Shown piece after piece: positions 44,907 through 54,848 of a DNA stretch of 63,289 nt. The notes beneath the pieces are model-generated. The model was given only the letters and a program-made list of their open reading frames with translations, was not told where the DNA came from and ran no database searches. Where the stretch lies: the NCBI GenBank assembly GCA_040326155.1, contig JBEQLE010000017.1, forward strand, positions 1-63,289, given 5' to 3'. The number at the start of each line of letters is the position of its first letter. Within the stretch, counting starts at the first letter, position 1. Both the position numbers and the translations under genes were made by a program. The stretch is from Leptospirales bacterium (lineage in GTDB: Bacteria > Spirochaetota > Leptospiria > Turneriellales > JAOUFE01).

Positions 44907-46592
44907 CTAAAAAACCAGATAAACTCCAAACAATAAACCATAGAAAGGTGCGTGACCAGCGGGCAGATGAGTGTACTTTTTATATTGTAAAAATTCCTCT
45001 GGAAAAAATATTCCCCCCGCCAGAGTTATAAACAGGTTTTTATTTAAAGCCACCGAAATTAGAACGTTACTTTCAAGTCCGATAGGAACATTGTAATCAA
45101 TTGTGGGTTCCACCGAATAAAAAGAATTCGTAACATCGATAAAATAGTGATTCGATACTTTTAACAGAATATTTTTCCACTCCATTTCGAAGTTTTGCTT
45201 CACATAAAAGACACCCGACGCCCGGTCCGGCTCATATGGATTATGGTGAAACCCTTCTCGACCTGCGATGGTTCCAGCATGGTACCCTTTGAACCTTCCC
45301 GTTAGTATGCCCCCGATCGGCTCAGCGACCCCCGAAGTGAAACCGTAAGATCTTTTATTTCCATATCGATCGATCTCTGCACCAGAGGCGTATAAAAACG
45401 TCAGCCCCCAGATAGAACGTGGTACTGCTTTAAAAAAGAGCGGAGACCCGACATCTAGCATCAGTAGATAACCGTTCGCATAGACTTCATTTGTGAATCC
45501 TGCAAAACCATATATTTTTCTATCGAGTCCGGTAGAACCTGCCCCTTCGAGAATAAGAGAGAGCTTCCCCAGAAGTACCTTTTGGCGTGTCCCGAAAAAA
45601 AAGAGATAATCGCCATCGGACTGGTTTCCAAAGGCCCCCAGTCCCGAACGTTCGGTTCCTCCAATTACCGCGCCATACTTTATAAAGAAACCATAGACGG
45701 AGAAAAGCCAGGGAACTTTATAGTTACTATTTATCGAAGTGGAGTCGAAAACACCGCCCATTCGTATCGCTTTTGTATCTCCCTTAAAATTGCCCATAAG
45801 TGTAGAGGAGGGAACCGGTAACAAATAGGCAGGGCTTTGCCCATATGCTGTTTCAGAACTCAAAATATCAAATAAAAGCAAACGTAACCGTAATTTGGGC
45901 AGTGGGTATAAAAGTAGAGAAACACCATTGCAAAAATCCGAAAAAACATAGTTGGAACCGTCTTCCTGAATTTTATAATAAAACCGCCCGAGCAAAATTG
46001 CAAATGTTTTCGAAGGCTGGTACTCAACAGAAATTTCTTCCAGCATAATGAGTACATTACGATCTGGCAAGGTTTGGTTCGTCGCCCCGAAAAAAAGTAT
46101 GTTTGAAAAGGATGTCCTAAAAAATGTACTTTTATTGGGTTTGGCATACAGGTCAAAGCGTAAAAGCGACGCGGCAAAATATTGCAGGTCATCTGTTCTT
46201 TGAATTTGTGCGGAAGTATTACCGATGTAAGTACGATAATCGGAGTTTTCGTAAAAAGCAAACTCTGTAAAAAATCGAGTCGAAGAATGAAATCCAGAAA
46301 ATGGTTCTATATTCCATTTTGCAGAATATTGAAACACGGGTGGCCCAAAACGGTTCGAACTGTACAACGATACAATCTCCCCAAAAACAGGATTATTGTA
46401 ACTGTTTACCTTTTTTAGAAGATTTTCCGGTTTTTTATCATCCTGAGTACTCTTTTTTCGGATTTTTTTATGGTTCAGAGCAAGGTATGGTTGTTCAAAT
46501 TGGCTCAAGATAAGGAAAACCAAGAAAAGAGTCGAACAACGAACCAGATTATTTTTTATATACATACACGTCCTCGTATATGTAATAGGCAA
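44907..46592 (-). CDS. Putative outer-membrane beta-barrel protein
   Basis: Signal peptide, amphipathic aromatic beta strands, terminal Phe; true start uncertain. Confidence 0.55.
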   Translation of the reverse strand: MPITYTRTCMYIKNNLVRCSTLFLVFLILSQFEQPYLALNHKKIRKKSTQDDKKPENLLKKVNSYNNPVFGEIVSLYSSNRFGPPVFQYSAKWNIEPFSGFHSSTRFFTEFAFYENSDYRTYIGNTSAQIQRTDDLQYFAASLLRFDLYAKPNKSTFFRTSFSNILFFGATNQTLPDRNVLIMLEEISVEYQPSKTFAILLGRFYYKIQEDGSNYVFSDFCNGVSLLLYPLPKLRLRLLLFDILSSETAYGQSPAYLLPVPSSTLMGNFKGDTKAIRMGGVFDSTSINSNYKVPWLFSVYGFFIKYGAVIGGTERSGLGAFGNQSDGDYLFFFGTRQKVLLGKLSLILEGAGSTGLDRKIYGFAGFTNEVYANGYLLMLDVGSPLFFKAVPRSIWGLTFLYASGAEIDRYGNKRSYGFTSGVAEPIGGILTGRFKGYHAGTIAGREGFHHNPYEPDRASGVFYVKQNFEMEWKNILLKVSNHYFIDVTNSFYSVEPTIDYNVPIGLESNVLISVALNKNLFITLAGGIFFPEEFLQYKKYTHLPAGHAPFYGLLFGVYLVF

Positions 46593-46612
46593 AAATTGGA
46601 TTTTATTTCAGT

Positions 46613-47521
46613 TTATGCGGGTTTTATATATTTTTTTCGTTCTGTGAACATAAAAGTTTTCTCCAGAAAGCGTATGCACTCACCGGCAATATTTTTCTCA
46701 GTAACCGTCTCAATACCTTCGAGACCCGGCGAGGGGTTCACTTCCAGTATCAGGGGTCCTCTCTTGCTTTCAATTAAATCAACGCCGGCAAATTGTACTC
46801 CGAGAGAGCGCACAGCTAGTTTAGCCATTTGTTCTGCCTCTATAGAGAGTTGCATTTGCGATTGCTTGCCTCCCCGGTGTATATTTGACCTGAACTCGTC
46901 ACCTAAAGAAGAACGCCGCATAGAAGCAATAACACGATCACCAAGCACAATAGCGCGAATGTCGTTACCTTTAGATTCCTGAATAAATTCCTGTAAAAGA
47001 ACATGCTGACCCTGGTTTAAGACACTTTCAAGTATAGAACGAGCAGAACGTTTAGATTCAGCCAGCATAACACCCATCCCCTGCGTTCCTTCGGTCAACT
47101 TAATAATAATCGGAGCCCCCCCGATTCGTTCAATAGCGTCATCAATATCCTGGTTCTGATCGATAAAAACAGTTCTCGGAACGGGAATTCCTTTCTGGGC
47201 AAGCACTTGTAAAGATCGTAACTTGTCTCTTGCCCTGAGAATACCCTGAGTTTTATTCAATGAAATGGCATGGTTTATTTCAAAGTGCTTTATGACAGCC
47301 ATAGTATAGTTCGTTTTGCGCTGACCAACGCGCGGTATAATAACATCAGGAAAAGGGATGCGCTGGCCATCGTAGTAGACCTCACAACGATTTTTTTCAA
47401 TGCTCAGGCTCAAACCCACCGGAGGATAAACCTTAGCATCGTGTCCACTTTTTACTGCCTCTTCAAAAAACCTCCGCGTCGAATACAGACTACGAGAGTT
47501 CGAAAGTATATAAATATTCAT
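46613..47521 (-). CDS. rimK: RimK family ATP-grasp alpha-L-glutamate ligase
   Basis: 'LYSTRR', 'ARDKLRSLQ.L', 'GTQGMGV.LAE', 'FRSNIHRGG', 'EVN.SPGLEGIE'. Confidence 0.9.
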   Translation of the reverse strand: MNIYILSNSRSLYSTRRFFEEAVKSGHDAKVYPPVGLSLSIEKNRCEVYYDGQRIPFPDVIIPRVGQRKTNYTMAVIKHFEINHAISLNKTQGILRARDKLRSLQVLAQKGIPVPRTVFIDQNQDIDDAIERIGGAPIIIKLTEGTQGMGVMLAESKRSARSILESVLNQGQHVLLQEFIQESKGNDIRAIVLGDRVIASMRRSSLGDEFRSNIHRGGKQSQMQLSIEAEQMAKLAVRSLGVQFAGVDLIESKRGPLILEVNPSPGLEGIETVTEKNIAGECIRFLEKTFMFTERKKYIKPA

Positions 47522-47654
47522 GGAGTCTTTATGTTTTGGAGCCGGTATAATCATTACAATTCTCATAGAAAGAATCTATGCGCTCTGTAAAGTTTTTTTA
47601 TGTATAACCAAGAAAAAATTAAGTTTTAAAAGGGGGCAAAGAATTTTTTTCTTT

Positions 47655-47703
47655 TTAGTACACAAAAAAATCCTTTGGTTTTTTTGTGCAGCTTCGTTCG
47701 ATT
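47655..47703 (+). repeat. ~112-bp two-hairpin repeat, partial copy 3 (hairpin 1 only)
   Basis: TTAGTACACAAAAAAATCC..GGTTTTTTTGTGCAGCTTCGTTCGAT. Confidence 0.8.
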
Positions 47704-47776
47704 TGACAGCGTCTTCGGATTTTGGTTGAAAAAGGCTTGTCACCTCATCTATTATTTCTTTTTCTTCTGAATACAC

Positions 47777-47849
<73 letters not shown>

Positions 47850-47858
47850 ACTTCTTCT

Positions 47859-48079
47859 TTAGTCCACAAAAAAATCCTGCGGCTTTTTTGTGCTGCTTCA
47901 TTCGATTACAGTTTAAAGTTTTTTTCGGAAAAAAAGCGTCGTTTTTTTCCGACCGTTCCATGGTATTACTAGTTCACAAAAAAATCCTGCGGCATTTTTG
48001 TGCCGCTTCGTTCGATTATAGTTTAAAGTTTTTTTGCAGCCAAAAAGCGTGGTTTTTGGCTGCTTGCTCCGTGGTATTG
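47859..48079 (+). repeat. ~112-bp two-hairpin repeat, tandem copies 4 (47859-47969) and 5 (47970-48079)
   Basis: Direct tandem units that differ mainly in the hairpin-2 stem. Confidence 0.88.
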
Positions 48080-48090
48080 TTCAGTTCATT

Positions 48091-48380
48091 AAAAGGTATT
48101 TAATTAAAAAGTCAGAGATACTTCTGATGTAATTTGCTCGCTCTGAGCTTGCATCGCTTTAAACTCTACATCAAAGTTACCCATGGTTTGCTGGATTCTG
48201 TTCATGGATGGTTGAACTTCTTTTGGTGGTATGCTTTCAACAAGGCCTTCAGCCTCCATTTTATCCATAGTTGATGTTAATTCGATTTCCATTGATTCCA
48301 TTCTCCCTTTAAGTTATTCTTGTATAGAGGCATTGGATCAGAATATTCTTTCACGATCTTTAAGCTACCAGAAGTTCTGT
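48091..48380. repeat. 290-bp direct repeat, copy A
   Basis: Colinear with 51557-51846, scattered substitutions. Confidence 0.92.
48104..48301 (-). CDS. Small acidic hypothetical protein (paralog of 51570-51767)
   Basis: 65 aa, frame conserved in both copies, AAGGGAG RBS. Confidence 0.65.
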   Translation of the reverse strand: MESMEIELTSTMDKMEAEGLVESIPPKEVQPSMNRIQQTMGNFDVEFKAMQAQSEQITSEVSLTF

Positions 48381-48467
48381 TAATAATAAAACTTGACATT
48401 TTGTTCATGTTTAATATTTTATAATGGATATACTGATTTTAGGCTCATATTTTTCCAGGAGGATTCA

Positions 48468-49499
48468 ATGACTACAAAAACTAAATCCCCCATAGAAGCC
48501 CTTTACCTGCGCCTCAAAAATGAAGTCGGCTTATCGAAAATCTTTATAAAAGCAAAAATACTCCCCGAATGGTGGGATGATGAAATCGCCGATAATCAAA
48601 CGGGTTATGCCGAGGCGGTGGGTTATATCGCAAAACATACCGGGATTATTTTTGATTCCCTCATGGATGTAAACTATCCGATTACCTTTCCAAATATCGC
48701 TACAAGGTTTTATAAATCAAATGAGTTATCAGAAGCAGATATTGACCTTGCAAAAAAAATTGCGATAGGCGTTGCAGATTTGATCGCATCAGCTATAAAA
48801 AAACCATATCTACCTATTCCAAAGAATTATATAGAAATTAGAGAATCTGTATTAAAAAGTGAACATTCTGTTTTTTTTCAATCTCTATTAAACTGGTGTT
48901 GGTCACATGGAATCGCGGTGATCTCGATCAGGAATTTTCCAAAGGGTGCAAAAAAAATGAAGGCGATGATTTCATTTACCAAAGAAAATCCTGTCATTGT
49001 TCTTTGTGATGGTCACCAGTATAACGCTTGGCTGCTTTTTCACTTAGTGCATGAAATAGGTCATCTTGCTTTGGGTCATGTCGAAGTTGGGCGTGAACTC
49101 ATAGATACAGATATAAAAAATCCTTTGCATGAATATGTGATAGAACAAAATAACAATAATACACTCCTGATGCAAGAAGAAAAAGAAGCAACACTATTCG
49201 GTACCGGGATCATAACCGGCGATCCCGATATGGTTTACCAATCTAATTCTCACCTATCCTCAAAACAATTGGCTGAGCGCGCTATAAAAATTGCCAAAGA
49301 ACAGCTCACCGACCCTGGCTTTATTGCCTTGAATTATGCCTGGCACAAAAATTTCATCCCTGTTGGAATGGGGGCACTTCGAATTATAGAAACCGATCCC
49401 GATGCGCATGGTTTAATTAAAAAAACATTCTTACAAAATATTGATACTGACCGATTGCCAGATGAATCTCTTTCTTATATTCAGCGAATTATAGGATAG
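48468..49499 (+). CDS. ImmA/IrrE-like metallo-endopeptidase domain protein
   Basis: 'FHLVHEIGHLALGH' (HExxH) plus downstream 'EKEA'; RBS GGAGG before ATG 48468. Confidence 0.75.
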   Translation: MTTKTKSPIEALYLRLKNEVGLSKIFIKAKILPEWWDDEIADNQTGYAEAVGYIAKHTGIIFDSLMDVNYPITFPNIATRFYKSNELSEADIDLAKKIAIGVADLIASAIKKPYLPIPKNYIEIRESVLKSEHSVFFQSLLNWCWSHGIAVISIRNFPKGAKKMKAMISFTKENPVIVLCDGHQYNAWLLFHLVHEIGHLALGHVEVGRELIDTDIKNPLHEYVIEQNNNNTLLMQEEKEATLFGTGIITGDPDMVYQSNSHLSSKQLAERAIKIAKEQLTDPGFIALNYAWHKNFIPVGMGALRIIETDPDAHGLIKKTFLQNIDTDRLPDESLSYIQRIIG

Positions 49500-49840
49500 A
49501 TGGTTGGAGTACTTTTGATTGCTCTGATTTTAATATCATAACCGGAGATAAAAGATGTCTTGCAGAACTGGCCAATGCCCAACTGCCGGATGATTTTGTT
49601 ACACATCACAAAGGGCGAGTCATTTGTTTTGAACAAATCATTTTAACGATCTTTCAAACAAACAACGAACAGAATATATTTAAAAAAATTCATGAAAATA
49701 GACATTGTGATAAAACCATGGAATATATATTTAACAACTCCATATTGGTAGCAGAAAATATTTCAGGGGGTTTACAATCTTACATAAAAAGTTTACAAAA
49801 TGACGCAAACCCCTATCTTTCAAACAAGGCAATACTTTAA
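49500..49840 (+). pseudogene. Internally deleted, frameshifted partner gene (PIN-like)
   Basis: ATG directly after the upstream stop gives 'MVGVLLI' then an early stop; another frame gives ~105 aa 'IITGDKRCLAEL...GRVICFEQII...GLQSYI' with no start codon near its 5' end. Confidence 0.6.
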
Positions 49841-49859
49841 ACATCACAACACAGAAATT

Positions 49860-50516
49860 CTATTTCCTCACCAGCTTATAAATAACTTCTTTCAACCCGC
49901 TCAACCCTCGGTCTCGAAACTGGGGATACTCATTTAGTATATCTTTCGTGTCGATTATTTCTACATCGAAATCATTTTCATATAACGAATCAACCTCTTT
50001 GGAGTGGACGGCAAACGGAGGCCCGCTCATTTCACTCTGGTTATACTCTATAGATACAAGAAGAATTGGCGTGCCCGGTAGAACCAGTTCCCCCATATGT
50101 TTAGCATAGCTAACCCTCATCTCCGGGGGCATGGCAATTAAAGAAGCCCTGTCATAAACCGCGTGTATAGGTTCCATCATGTCAGAACTCAAAGAGTAAT
50201 AATCACCGCATATTAGAGAGAGCTCTTTACAGTTAAAATAATTCATCCCTTCGCTATTATGCTCTAAGGCCTGCAAATTATTCTCTTCAAAAAAAGAGTT
50301 CACAGCAATTTCACTAATCTCAATACCCGTGACAGCAAACCCCTTTTCCAGAAACCACAAAAGATCAAGACTCTTTCCGCACAAAGGAACAAACACCCGT
50401 TGCCCTGGTTTCAAACCCATCGAACTCCAGAAAGTTTGTAAGTGCAAATTAATCTCAGACTGATGAAAACCCGTTTGACCCTTTTCCCATCTCTCCTTCC
50501 AAAACTTTATATCCAT
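49860..50516 (-). CDS. tpm: Thiopurine S-methyltransferase
   Basis: 'FWKERW...GFHQ', 'RVFVPLCGKSLD', 'YDRASLIA', 'GPPF'. Confidence 0.92.
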   Translation of the reverse strand: MDIKFWKERWEKGQTGFHQSEINLHLQTFWSSMGLKPGQRVFVPLCGKSLDLLWFLEKGFAVTGIEISEIAVNSFFEENNLQALEHNSEGMNYFNCKELSLICGDYYSLSSDMMEPIHAVYDRASLIAMPPEMRVSYAKHMGELVLPGTPILLVSIEYNQSEMSGPPFAVHSKEVDSLYENDFDVEIIDTKDILNEYPQFRDRGLSGLKEVIYKLVRK

Positions 50517-50518
50517 AA

Positions 50519-51265
50519 CTACCTCGGTGGCTCCGCGTTCATGAGCCTTAAATAATCTTTTTGAGTTTCAATTACCGCTCGACCAATATATTTCATATGC
50601 TCGTTATCATTTGTATGTGCTGCCTCAAGAGACGCAATGTAATCGGAACGTAGAACAGGCGATATGAGAGCAATATTATAACCCTCCTGCAAAAGTACAA
50701 GGTTCAATAGCAACCGACCGACCCTGCCATTACCGTCTATAAAAGGATGAATAAAAACAAAATCCAGGTGGGCTTTGGCGGCAGCAATCACCGGATGCAA
50801 ATTTTTTCGGTTGTCCCGAATAGCAGGAATTAAATTTTTCATTAAATCCTGAATTTTTTCAGGCAGTGGCAAAGGGTAGTGGGAACCGGAAATGAAAACT
50901 TTTTGCTGTCGGTATCTGCCCGCATTGGATTCGTCAATTTTTACATAAAAAATTCGATGTAGATCTAAAATATCTTTTTCTGTAATATCAACCTTCTGTG
51001 CAAGATCAGACATCCAATCAAATGCTTCGGCATGCCCCAGGGCCTCAATATGATCATGAAGCGGTTTGCCGCCAATGGTCAAGCCATCTTCGATGACAAC
51101 CTTGGTTTCAGATTCAGTCAAGCAGTTGCCTTCAATCGCGTTGCTAGACCACGTCAGTCCAATTTTATAATACTGTTTCAGGGAAAGTATAGTCTCCCTA
51201 TCTAACGGCCGAAATTCGTTAATTTGTTTTTGCAGCTCATCAATTTTTTGAAGAATGTCTTTCAT
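50519..51265 (-). CDS. Fic family protein (class II, N-terminal inhibitory helix)
   Basis: 'HPFIDGNGRVGR' and 'SNAIEGN'. Confidence 0.93.
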   Translation of the reverse strand: MKDILQKIDELQKQINEFRPLDRETILSLKQYYKIGLTWSSNAIEGNCLTESETKVVIEDGLTIGGKPLHDHIEALGHAEAFDWMSDLAQKVDITEKDILDLHRIFYVKIDESNAGRYRQQKVFISGSHYPLPLPEKIQDLMKNLIPAIRDNRKNLHPVIAAAKAHLDFVFIHPFIDGNGRVGRLLLNLVLLQEGYNIALISPVLRSDYIASLEAAHTNDNEHMKYIGRAVIETQKDYLRLMNAEPPR

Positions 51266-51363
51266 ACTGTTTCCCGTGTGCTTTTTCTACCCGCTAGAAG
51301 GTTCATGGATGAAAACGATACAAGCTCCCGATTAACTCTGTCAATACCTTTTCACTGGCTGAG

Positions 51364-51535
51364 GCAGGGGCAAGTTTGCCCCTTCGCTTTGGCTTTTAAA
51401 GGGTCACAATGTGACCCCATAAAGAGCCGCCGCTATCCCCGACGTTTTATTCTGGGGGTGAATGTTTGTTGGGGTTATTAACGATATAATTTCGGATGCG
51501 GTTTAGGGATTTTAAAGAATCTTTTTGCTTGTCGA
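51364..51535 (-). mobile_element. Degenerate remnant of a REP-associated tyrosine transposase (RAYT) 3' end with REP-like palindromes
   Basis: Minus strand reads 'KSLNRIRNYIVNNPNKH'; palindromes AGGGGCAA..TTGCCCCT and GGGTCACA.TGTGACCC; related copy at 56208-56292. Confidence 0.5.
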
Positions 51536-51556
51536 GAGGGCTTTTTTTGTGCAAGA

Positions 51557-51846
51557 AAAAGGTATTTAATCAAAAAGTCAGATATACTTCGGATGCAATT
51601 TGCTCGCTCTGAGCTTGCATCGCTTTAAATTCTACATCAAAGTTAGCCATGGTTTGCTGGATTCTGTTCATGGATGCTTGAACTTCTTCTGGTGGTATGC
51701 TTTCAACAAGGCCTTCAGCCTCCATTTCATCCATCGTTGATGTTAATTCGATTTCCATTGATTCCATTCTCCCTTTAAGTTATTCTTGTATAGAGGCATC
51801 GGATCAGAATATTCTTTCACAAGTTTTAAGCTACCAGAAGTTCTGT
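51557..51846. repeat. 290-bp direct repeat, copy B
   Basis: Colinear with 48091-48380. Confidence 0.92.
51570..51767 (-). CDS. Small acidic hypothetical protein
   Basis: 65 aa; overlaps the end of the upstream gene; paralog at 48104-48301. Confidence 0.65.
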   Translation of the reverse strand: MESMEIELTSTMDEMEAEGLVESIPPEEVQASMNRIQQTMANFDVEFKAMQAQSEQIASEVYLTF

Positions 51847-52928
51847 CAATCACAAAATATCGATCAGGATAACGAGCAAACAGTAGAGCATCCTGATTAT
51901 CCATACCCGTAGCATCTAATATTAGCATTGCACTTGATTTCTCATCTCTATAATCGACTGATCTTGAATATTCGGCAATCCAAATAAATTTAGGCAATTC
52001 GGTTTCAAGAATTGATTTTTGAAAATTGATGGTTATTCCACTTTGGTTCTTAACCCATCTTTTAAAAGACCGACTTGAAGTTAAAAATCGCCGTACCAAC
52101 CATTTCTCTTTTTCATAACCTGGCAGACCTAAAGTTTCATCAGTAAAAAATGTTTCCGAAAGTTTCTTTGCAGTCGGAGCCTCTAAATACATTTTAGGAT
52201 ACATGGGTACAATTACAGATATAATTTTACCTTCATGATATTTAGGGTCAGCATATGAAGCCAGAGGTTCGTATAGAGATAAGCTTTGGTAAGGACCTTT
52301 GATAATAGGTTGATTTTAATAAGGAGTGTATTTTGTTTGGTAAAACCAGCCCATATTCTGGATATTTAGTGCCAAAATACTCCGTTATTGCCCAAATCGA
52401 AGTCTCTGCACAAGAAATCATTTTAGTATCCTGCGTAGAATATGGGAACCCATGCACTTCTAAAGGTATGCCAAATAGGGTACTTTTATGATGCGATAAG
52501 CAACAAACAAAATTATATGTTTGTAATACGTTTGGTGAGATAATACTACGACCCAGAAAGTTACCATTGAGTGGCCGCAATACAAAAAAACCAACATAGC
52601 TAAATTGAACTAATTCTTGCTTTTCTTGATCGAATAAATCGTCCTTTGATATTTCCGTTGTAAACAAAGAAACCCTGATTGTATCTCTCTTGGTTTGTTT
52701 ATGAGCAGAAGAGTAGTAATTATAATAACTATCTCTAAATAACTTGTCTACATACGGAAATTCAATAACCAGGCAAGTTGAATCTTTCAGTTCTTTAAGG
52801 AGATTTTCCAATTTTTGATCATCGCTTATGGATGGCAAAGAAAACCATTTACTTAAATGTTTTTTATAATTGGATAAAAGATATTTTACAGTTGTGATGC
52901 CTGAAGTAACCATAGATTATAAAGACAT
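51743..52928 (-). pseudogene. Disrupted large gene, possible papain/C39-like Cys protease
   Basis: Two ORFs in different frames joined near 52290; 'QD....SCAETSIW' motif; in-frame TAA at codon 4 after the RBS-preceded ATG 52928. Confidence 0.6.
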
Positions 52929-52990
52929 ATATATCACCTTAGTTGTTTTGTAAATACATTGAAGAAATCGTTCTCAGTGAATAAAGACCA

Positions 52991-53122
52991 TCACCCCACA
53001 CTCGCCACAGCATCAGCCAACTTCACCTGTGTCGCCTGCGCTTCGGAAATTCGCTCTTTCAATCCATCGCAAATCGCCATCAGCTCATCGACCTTTTGTA
53101 CAATTCATTTTTGTTCAATGAG
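52991..53122 (-). pseudogene. hsdS C-terminal tail repeat, copy 1
   Basis: 'LIEQK*IVQKVDELMAICDGLKERISEAQATQVKLADAVASVG*'. Confidence 0.85.
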
Positions 53123-53223
53123 CTCACCACAAGTCCTTGGTTGCTGAAGATCGTTGCATATTTAATTTAGATTACAATAAAAAGTTCTTGATCACAGAAT
53201 GTGACATAATAAACTCATGAAAC

Positions 53224-53919
53224 ATGAAAGAGTCAGACTTATATGTGGTTCTGGAGTCGTACTATCGTGATCAGGGATTTGAGGTCAAGGGCGAGGTCTG
53301 TGGCTGTGACCTGGTCGCCCTGAAAAAAAAGAAAGGTGATGAACAACTGATCATCATTGAACTGAAAAAATCATTCAATGTAAAACTTTTGTATCAGGCC
53401 GTTCGGCGCCTGGCGATAACAGACCAGGTCTATGTGGCTTTTTTGAAACCCGAAGCCCGTCAAAAAATGTCATTTTGGACTATGGTCAAAAGCTTGTGCA
53501 GACGATTACATATTGGGGCCATTATCATTGAGGCAAAAAATATTCGATTTTTGGCCGAGCCGTCGGACTTTCAGGGCAGAAAATCTTCTGCAATGAAACA
53601 CAAACTGATGAAAGAATTCATGGGGCGTGAGGTCTCCGAAAACATCGGGGGGGTTAACCGTCAGAAAATTCAGACAGCCTATCTTGAAAGTGCCATTTAT
53701 ATTGCCGCCTTACTGAATGGACATGAAACCCTTTCGGCCAAAGCACTGCAGGAAATGGGCGCCCCTGAAAACACATACGCGATATTATACAAAAATCATT
53801 ACGGCTGGTTTTCCCGAAAAGCCAAGGGACTGTATTCCTTGAAAAAAGGAACACTAACAAAAATACAAAAAGAATACTCTACAATATGGGAGCACTACAG
53901 ATTAAAGGTGGATGGTTAA
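53224..53919 (+). CDS. DUF2161 family putative PD-(D/E)XK phosphodiesterase
   Basis: 'KESDLY.......QGFEVKGEV.GCDLVA...IIELK', 'TAY', 'NHYGWF'. Confidence 0.85.
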   Translation: MKESDLYVVLESYYRDQGFEVKGEVCGCDLVALKKKKGDEQLIIIELKKSFNVKLLYQAVRRLAITDQVYVAFLKPEARQKMSFWTMVKSLCRRLHIGAIIIEAKNIRFLAEPSDFQGRKSSAMKHKLMKEFMGREVSENIGGVNRQKIQTAYLESAIYIAALLNGHETLSAKALQEMGAPENTYAILYKNHYGWFSRKAKGLYSLKKGTLTKIQKEYSTIWEHYRLKVDG

Positions 53920-53965
53920 GAGAAGGAGGGGGCCAGAGAATTTGTTGTACATCACCATATACTTC

Positions 53966-54313
53966 TCAATATTCGACAATAAGCTGCAAGTCACAATCTG
54001 CACAAATTTTAGCATTAAACCCATTGTCAAAACCACAAGCAGGGCACTTCCCTTGTTCTTCAAGCTCTTTAGATATTTGAAATTCTGGATGAAGTTCCAT
54101 ATAGTAGTTTTCAATGACCAGAAGACCACGTTTGTCTTGTTCTTCAGGAACGGATAAAGTATACTTTAAGGCACAAGATCCATTACTACAACCAGGGGCC
54201 AGGTTCACTTGATGTGGAATATCTTCGACAGTTAGCATATCACCTATTTCTCGAATAGTCTTCAGACTATCTTCTTTAATCACAACCCATTTTATCTTGA
54301 CATTTTCGTTCAT
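53966..54313 (-). CDS. DUF2007-like small protein with C-terminal zinc ribbon
   Basis: 'CPACG......CADC'; ATG 54313 preferred because the upstream part is repeat-like. Confidence 0.6.
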   Translation of the reverse strand: MNENVKIKWVVIKEDSLKTIREIGDMLTVEDIPHQVNLAPGCSNGSCALKYTLSVPEEQDKRGLLVIENYYMELHPEFQISKELEEQGKCPACGFDNGFNAKICADCDLQLIVEY

Positions 54314-54450
54314 TGTATTAATGTTCATTTTTCTTGACGCCAAGAAAAACGAACCAAAAAGAAGCGCCAGACCGGCCACAATCCTCCTGATTGTGGGGGT
54401 CTGGGTTTAAGAGCGCAAACCTCATGTTTGCTTAAGATCGTCATTCGTAT

Positions 54451-54562
54451 TTACACTCGGTTGCTGAGCGCAGTCGAAGTAACAGCATCAGCCAACTTCA
54501 CCTGCGTCGCCTGCGCTTCGGAAATTTGTTCTTTCAAGACATCGCAGATTGCTATGAGTTCA
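54451..54562 (-). pseudogene. hsdS C-terminal tail repeat, copy 2, with REP-like insertion
   Basis: 'ELIAICDVLKEQISEAQATQVKLADAV' followed by inserted TTCGACTGCGCTCAGCAAC. Confidence 0.85.
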
Positions 54563-54848
54563 ATTTCAAAACCATCAGGATAGGGCAGCTTGTAAACTAA
54601 TTTTGAGATTTAGCGCTTGCTGTGTTCGGTGTGTTGGGCAGGTCTCATGGGTAAATTTTGCCATTTTTTGGCTATGGTGCGCTTCTGGAGTTGGGGGAAA
54701 TTTTATCATTGACTTCTCGTCATTTCAAAACGCTATTGTATATAGTAAACCCGCCAGGCCTCTGCTGCAAACCCAAATGTGGCGGGTCTTTCTTTTTTAT
54801 AGGACTGTGAATGTCCTTTATAACAATTCGGTGTTCACGGGAAGTTCG

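Noticed and set aside
54603..54848. 82-aa N-terminal extension of the DUF488 ORF
   Set aside because: TTG start without RBS, atypical composition, overlaps an opposite-strand remnant; ATG 54849 preferred.
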